IMG/VR virus record: IMGVR_UViG_3300005077_000208
Span: 1 to 25,132 of that record
DNA: 25,132 nucleotides
DNA from: a virus
Lineage: Duplodnaviria > Caudoviricetes
Reading direction: 5' to 3' (one strand)
Positions 20,020 to 25,132 of the stretch are shown here, one piece after another. The translations under genes and the position numbers were made by a program. The notes beneath the pieces are model-generated. The model made no database searches and was not told the DNA's origin. It was given only the letters and a program-made list of their open reading frames with translations. The stretch's first letter is position 1; each line of letters opens with the position of its first letter.

Positions 20020-20172
20020 CTAGCCTCGCATTTTCTTTAACCTGTCCTTCATCGCCTGCCTCTTTACATTCATCGCTATCGCAACCGCTTGGGCTTCCGG
20101 CTTGCCCGCATGCCTTTCCTTTGCGATATTTTCCGAAACTGTTTTTTTGCTATATCCTTTTTTAAGTGGCAT
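20020..20172 (-). CDS. 50-aa basic phage protein ([50 protein letters not shown])
   Basis: Hand translation. I recognise MPLKKG-S…SENI…QAVAIA as a common small protein of phage head modules. Confidence 0.8.
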   Translation of the reverse strand: MPLKKGYSKKTVSENIAKERHAGKPEAQAVAIAMNVKRQAMKDRLKKMRG

Positions 20173-20176
20173 ATAT

Positions 20177-20470
20177 TTAAGATTTTTCGGATAAGGCGAC
20201 TAGTGCCTCTCCTAAATTTTTAAGAGCTTTTTTTAAAGATATATTTCCATCCATGTACTCGCTTGACGCGGCAGATACCAACTCCTGACAAGGTTCCCAT
20301 TTCTGATACCGTTCATCGCGCTTATCATCCATTTCCTCATCTTTAAGTGCCGCCTCAACTACTAAGTTGTCATCGGGCAATGATTCCAAGCGTTTAATCA
20401 TCGCATTATGTTTCGCCTCTAGTCTCTTTTTTTCCTTGGCATCGCTTGCGGCCAATGTGTTATATCTCAT
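20177..20470 (-). CDS. Hypothetical protein (97 aa)
   Basis: ATGA overlap with the portal stop. Confidence 0.6.
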   Translation of the reverse strand: MRYNTLAASDAKEKKRLEAKHNAMIKRLESLPDDNLVVEAALKDEEMDDKRDERYQKWEPCQELVSAASSEYMDGNISLKKALKNLGEALVALSEKS

Positions 20471-22572
20471 AGTTGAGGTTGTAAAAATTGTAATCTTGCT
20501 CCTAAACCTTCCTGGGGAACTGCCGGCTGTTCACCGCCAGGTGCTATAGGAGGATTTTCCGGTTGGTCTGGTATTGGGGCAGGAGCCTCCCCGCCTGGAC
20601 TTGTAGCACTGCTTGCATCTGCGGCCTCGCCTGATACTGCCGCCTTTTGTTTTATGGCTATTGCAACCTGATCCTTTGTTTTCTTTATAAATTCAATATG
20701 TCTTTGCTTTATATCAGGAGACAATTCTTGAAAAATATTACTATCAAGGAAGCTTGCATATGTATCAAGGTATTCTTTTGTCGGATTTTCCCTTATTGGT
20801 ATCTCCCTGCCTCGGCTTACTAAGGATATGTCATTAACCGCGTCCCTATCTATGCTGTCAGGACCAACCCCCAATATCTCCTCCAAATACCTGTCCATTG
20901 AGAAGTTGTAATATATTATTCTTTTTGCAAATTCTTTAGGATTACGCTTACCCAACCCTTCCGCGATAGACAAAGGATCGAGTATGCTTATGGCCTGGAC
21001 AGTCTCATTCCTTTCCGCAACTTCATCTTTGGGCAATAATGTTCCGGCTTTTACCCTTATCGCGACACCATCCTCAATCTTATCGTTTGAAAACTCCATA
21101 AAGGCAGTATAACCGTCAGGCCCCGTATATTTAACCATTGTCGGCTCGTCCCAAAACACCTTCATCATTTGAGTAATTCCCCTGTAAAGCTTTCCCCCGC
21201 CGGTTTCAAGACTGTCAACTAAGGTCTGAGTCCTGCTCATGTTTGACCTTTGGGCTATTATCTCCTGGCCTAAAGTCTTAGCCCCTGACTGTTCTCCGCG
21301 AAGAGGGGCATTTGTTCCGAAAATATTATCTATCTCCTGACGGGCATCATTCTTGTCCCTGATAACAAACTCCGACAATTCATTTCTAGGCAACCTTGAT
21401 GCGGCCCTGGTGACATCTCCGCCAACCATTACCTTTTCATCGGGATCGCCGATAAGCTTTGCCACATCCTCCTCATCAATTTTATCGGAATCAAATATCA
21501 GTCCTGAATTAGCCTGGTCTGCATTAACGTCAATCTGGTGTCCTCTTTTATATAAAATATCCTGCTGGGATAATGCCTGCTCCGTAAGGGAAGTATCATC
21601 AATAAGGAATCTTCCTGCGTTTAAGTGGTTAAAGAAAATATAAGGCTTCATCGGCCTGTCAAAGAAGTTGTTATAAACCAAGTTTCCTTCCTCGTCTTTT
21701 GAATACTCGTCATAGTTATAATGGGGATTTTTCATTTTATCCAAGACCAACTCTTTATACTTCCATGTTACGCCTTCCTTTTTGTTGCCTTTGGAGTCAA
21801 AATAGGAAAACCAAAGCTCAATATATCCTACCTGTGTTGACAATGCCGGAGTCTGATTGTCATGAGTAGCTGAGAATAACCTTTTTATATCATCTGACTT
21901 ATCGGGGAACTTCAAAGCCAACTCCTCAATAGTCGCGGCCTGATACTCTCCTATCAAAGGCACATCCTCACTTTTTTTAAGAGGGGTTTTCTGCTCAATA
22001 ACCACTCTTGTCGGCCTTAAAGCCTCAACAGCAATCCCACCTGATCGGCTTCCATCATCTTTAACCCTTCCGATCATTCCATCCCAATAATACTTCATTA
22101 CACCAAGCCTCATCCCCATCAGAAGATGACGGGCCACCATAGCCAGCTTGTCTTTTATGTATAAATCCTCATATTGGGCCAGTAGAACATTTTTTACATA
22201 TCCTGCCAGTTCCCTTGATGAGTCGGTATCATTCGCCTCAGTTACAACCGGCTCAAGGATTTGACTGGTGACAAGAGGGATAAGCGTTTCAATAGCAGTA
22301 AAAATCCTGTTATTTCTATATTCAATTTGAAAGTCATATAAATCGGTGACATATTCCCGACTGTCAAGCCATACCTTTTCATTCTGTTCGCGCTTTTTTT
22401 TCAAATCAAGTTCCGTGTCCCAATAAGCCTCACTGTCACTTATCCTCGAACTGATTATTTCCGCTATTTTCTCGTCATCAAGACCTAACGCAAGAGGGCC
22501 GTATGTAGAGGTAGTTAAAACATCCTCTGTATTTTCGTTGTCCCTGCCTTGTAAACTATTTGGAAAATCCAT
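20467..22572 (-). CDS. Portal protein (P22/podovirus-like)
   Basis: 701 aa after the terminase; NRIFTAIE…P, PYIFF and LRGE…TLG motifs; Pro-rich C-terminal tail. Confidence 0.85.
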   Translation of the reverse strand: MDFPNSLQGRDNENTEDVLTTSTYGPLALGLDDEKIAEIISSRISDSEAYWDTELDLKKKREQNEKVWLDSREYVTDLYDFQIEYRNNRIFTAIETLIPLVTSQILEPVVTEANDTDSSRELAGYVKNVLLAQYEDLYIKDKLAMVARHLLMGMRLGVMKYYWDGMIGRVKDDGSRSGGIAVEALRPTRVVIEQKTPLKKSEDVPLIGEYQAATIEELALKFPDKSDDIKRLFSATHDNQTPALSTQVGYIELWFSYFDSKGNKKEGVTWKYKELVLDKMKNPHYNYDEYSKDEEGNLVYNNFFDRPMKPYIFFNHLNAGRFLIDDTSLTEQALSQQDILYKRGHQIDVNADQANSGLIFDSDKIDEEDVAKLIGDPDEKVMVGGDVTRAASRLPRNELSEFVIRDKNDARQEIDNIFGTNAPLRGEQSGAKTLGQEIIAQRSNMSRTQTLVDSLETGGGKLYRGITQMMKVFWDEPTMVKYTGPDGYTAFMEFSNDKIEDGVAIRVKAGTLLPKDEVAERNETVQAISILDPLSIAEGLGKRNPKEFAKRIIYYNFSMDRYLEEILGVGPDSIDRDAVNDISLVSRGREIPIRENPTKEYLDTYASFLDSNIFQELSPDIKQRHIEFIKKTKDQVAIAIKQKAAVSGEAADASSATSPGGEAPAPIPDQPENPPIAPGGEQPAVPQEGLGARLQFLQPQL

Positions 22573-22574
22573 AA

Positions 22575-22817
22575 TTATAAAAAGACATAAATTGCCTTAC
22601 ACCGTGAACACCTTACCTCATGCCCCAACCTCTCCTCGACAACCTTACCTAAATATATCAATTCAACCGCCTGATGGTGTTGCATGACAATAAGCCCGCA
22701 ATATATACATCTTACATTTTTTTTAACAGCCGTTGCCTCTTTATTTAATATTACCAAAACGTGAGGTAAATTGCTGTTGTCCGGAACTGATACAAATTTT
22801 TCCTCTTCCTGATTCAT
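22575..22817 (-). CDS. Mu Com-like C4 zinc-ribbon protein
   Basis: VRCIYCG…HEVRCSRCKA matches the Com pattern (IRCxxC…EIRCPRCK). Confidence 0.7.
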   Translation of the reverse strand: MNQEEEKFVSVPDNSNLPHVLVILNKEATAVKKNVRCIYCGLIVMQHHQAVELIYLGKVVEERLGHEVRCSRCKAIYVFL

Positions 22818-24430
22818 CTTTTTTTCCTCCTTGTTGCAAGTTGAACACGTCTTACGACATCTGAAAGGTCTAGTGCAGGCATTGTCTGATCCTCGTTTAT
22901 TCTAGGATGTTTTTCTTCCATTTTTCTTTTAGCGGCTGGAACGACTACTCCGCCCTGTGTCAATGTTTTTTGTAACGCTATATACCAGTAAACAGTTGCA
23001 AAGGCGAAATGGTCCGCCCTTCCCTCTATCGTTTCCCAAGTCGGGATAACTATTCCCAGATTATTTTCCTTGGTAGTTCGATAAAGTTGCCCCCAATGTA
23101 AAATATACTCTTCCAAATCAGTCAATGTCAAATTAAACCAAATATCCTGGGCCAGGATATTTGCCACTACCTCATCAATTATTCTTGTCCTATCGCTGTA
23201 AACTATGCCACGCTTATCCTGCTCGCCCCACCTTATCACCTCCCTCATCTTGCGGTCAGTATCAAAATAGTGTCCGAATACTTTTCCAGGATAATTTTTT
23301 ATCAGCCTTTTTGGGATATTGGGGTATGGCATCATGTCTATTACCATATATGCACCGTACCTATTCCTTAAATCCTCAATCTCCTCCCAACTGTCAGTAA
23401 CCCCGACTTTAAATATCCCGTACTTATTTCCTACCACATAATGTTTCAAAACCCCGACATCAACACCTATGGCAACATCAGTCATCGGATTTGAAGATGG
23501 ATCGAGGACATTTATAATATCTTTCCGCGTTACCGTATAATCCTTTGAGACATACGGCTGGCCTAATGTAAAGTTATGGAAAAAAGCGGGATCACGCTTA
23601 CTGTCCTCTATTATTTTTGATGCCGGTATCCAGGGAGCCATCATTTGACTTATCCAATAGCCTGATATATCAGACTTTCTTTTATATACCCATCTTCCGT
23701 ACCTGCGGGCATCATCGGGCAAGTCTCTATGGCATTTTGCACAGATATATTTTTCCGTTTCCATGTTAATATTTTCAGGCCATCTCAAATACCATTCATA
23801 GTTGCAATGGGGACATTTGACGAACCAATGCTTTTTATCCGATTTCTGCCACCGGTCATCAATCCCCTTTCCTGGTATTGAAGGGTTTGACAACTGCCAA
23901 ACAAAACCTAAATCCGGCCTGGTACGTTTAGCCTCATCAAGACGGGAACGATAGGTAGTAAGGACCGATTGTTTTGAGCGGTCTATCTCATCGTTAATTA
24001 GAAAATGGGCTGAGATTGAAATAGCGGCTGTTTCCTCCCAAGAACCACGGAAATACAAGAACCTATCGCCTATGCTTTTTAAGGCTGTGCTGTCGGTCTT
24101 GCCCATCATTGAGGATATTGCCGGATTGCTGTTAATTAAAGGATCTACCTTAGGAGTAACGAAATCCTTGACGATAGATCGAGAGGGTAGAGTGTATATT
24201 CCGTTAGCTTTCCTGTATTTTGCAAGATGTATTGATTTTAATATTGTGCAGGTTGAAAGGCCAATCTGGGCCGCCTTCATTATCGCCTGTTCTAAAGCGT
24301 AATCCAGGTAAATATCCCTTAAAAAGAAATGGTCATAAAATTCTATTCTTGTTTGGTTTTCGTTTACCAGCTTGTTATATTCAACGAAGGCGAGGGGGTT
24401 TATTGACTGTAAATCATCCGGTTTTAGCAT
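22814..24430 (-). CDS. terL: Terminase large subunit (GpA-like)
   Basis: Walker A-like MKAAQIGLST, Walker B LINDEID, SNPS, CPHC/CAKC zinc motif, nuclease GVDVG and DHFAFA. Confidence 0.9.
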   Translation of the reverse strand: MLKPDDLQSINPLAFVEYNKLVNENQTRIEFYDHFFLRDIYLDYALEQAIMKAAQIGLSTCTILKSIHLAKYRKANGIYTLPSRSIVKDFVTPKVDPLINSNPAISSMMGKTDSTALKSIGDRFLYFRGSWEETAAISISAHFLINDEIDRSKQSVLTTYRSRLDEAKRTRPDLGFVWQLSNPSIPGKGIDDRWQKSDKKHWFVKCPHCNYEWYLRWPENINMETEKYICAKCHRDLPDDARRYGRWVYKRKSDISGYWISQMMAPWIPASKIIEDSKRDPAFFHNFTLGQPYVSKDYTVTRKDIINVLDPSSNPMTDVAIGVDVGVLKHYVVGNKYGIFKVGVTDSWEEIEDLRNRYGAYMVIDMMPYPNIPKRLIKNYPGKVFGHYFDTDRKMREVIRWGEQDKRGIVYSDRTRIIDEVVANILAQDIWFNLTLTDLEEYILHWGQLYRTTKENNLGIVIPTWETIEGRADHFAFATVYWYIALQKTLTQGGVVVPAAKRKMEEKHPRINEDQTMPALDLSDVVRRVQLATRRKKR

Positions 24431-24434
24431 ATTT

Positions 24435-24497
24435 GAAGCTTCTAAGCTTTCTAACTACCGATAGTCTAGTGTAGCAGATTTTCAGTCTAATATTCAA
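24435..24497 (-). promoter_or_regulatory. Probable terminase promoter plus leader element copy 5 (GAAAGCTTAGAAGCTTC, 24451-24435) 4 nt before the ATG
   Basis: TTGAAT (24497-24492), 18 nt ending TGc, TACACT (24473-24468); hairpin G-A-AAGC-TTAGAA-GCTT-C. Confidence 0.6.
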
Positions 24498-24843
24498 CTG
24501 TCAGTTTGTAGCGGTGATCCTTGCCATACTTATCCTCCAAAAGCTTCCATTTTAACCTCCACGCGGCAGTTGCGGTTATAGGAGCTTTTATCTCTATAAA
24601 TTCCATCAACCCGTCATTGTGATATACCAAAAAATCAACTTTATAATCGCATATATGGCTTCCGTTCTCGCCAAATAATTCCACTTTCTTTTGCCTCTCC
24701 CAGGATTTGATTTCACCGGCGTTAATTAACATATCAAGTTCCCAGGCTTTCGTAGCTTCCCTTTTCGAGTCATAATGAAATCCCTTATAAGTTTGCTTTA
24801 TAGCCCCATATTTATTCCGGCTTTGATGTTTTATTGAATACAT
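24487..24843 (-). CDS. DUF1064-like PD-(D/E)XK nuclease-fold protein
   Basis: NKYGA…YDSKRE…L…GEI…Q…Y-x-VDF…EIK…WRLKWKL pattern. Confidence 0.85.
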   Translation of the reverse strand: MYSIKHQSRNKYGAIKQTYKGFHYDSKREATKAWELDMLINAGEIKSWERQKKVELFGENGSHICDYKVDFLVYHNDGLMEFIEIKAPITATAAWRLKWKLLEDKYGKDHRYKLTVEY

Positions 24844-24874
24844 AATGATTTTTATTTCCTTTAATAACTAATAA

Positions 24875-25132
24875 TTATTTCTTAAACTCTCCTCTAATTA
24901 TTTTAATTAACTTCTTTGTATCTTTAGCACTTATTGGACTATATTGGGCTATCTCACTACATACTTGGTCTATTATCTCCTTTACTGTTCTCTCCATTTC
25001 CTTTTGATGTTCTACTTCCAAATCTTCTATTCTTGTTTCCATCTTTATCTGTTGAGAGTGGAGGATTTTAACTAATTTCTTAATAGCTTTTTGATACTCA
25101 GGTTTAACAGCACAATGCCAATAAATAATATC
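24875..25132 (-). CDS. C-terminal part of a helical hypothetical protein (…IEDLEVEHQKEMER…RGEFKK)
   Basis: Hand translation: frame open from the window edge to TAA at 24877-24875. Confidence 0.5.
   Translation of the reverse strand, partial: DIIYWHCAVKPEYQKAIKKLVKILHSQQIKMETRIEDLEVEHQKEMERTVKEIIDQVCSEIAQYSPISAKDTKKLIKIIRGEFKK

Overview
The whole window is the head-packaging, virion-structure and DNA-ejection module of a tailed (podovirus-like) phage or prophage, transcribed on the minus strand. From right to left: DUF1064-like nuclease, GpA-type large terminase, a Mu Com-like zinc-ribbon protein, portal, major capsid, about 10 kb of decoration/fibre genes (beta-helix, collagen-like fibre, GT2-TPR glycosyltransferase), a displaced scaffold-like gene, head-tail adaptor, a 1225-aa tail hub, and ejection proteins including one with a lytic transglycosylase domain. 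Genes lack Shine-Dalgarno motifs and several look leaderless, which suggests (inference) a Patescibacteria/CPR-like host using genetic code 11. The main discovery is a small covarying hairpin, G-A-N4-(N)YAGWA-N4'-C, found five times. Each copy lies just downstream of a promoter-like element in front of a key morphogenesis gene (terminase, capsid, fibre cluster, scaffold cluster, adaptor). Three copies overlap, and are mutually exclusive with, an intrinsic-terminator-like stem. The other two abut the start codon. The Com-like protein is the obvious candidate RNA-binding regulator, which would make a candidate late-gene antitermination/translation switch. All product calls come from motif recognition and synteny, not from database searches.
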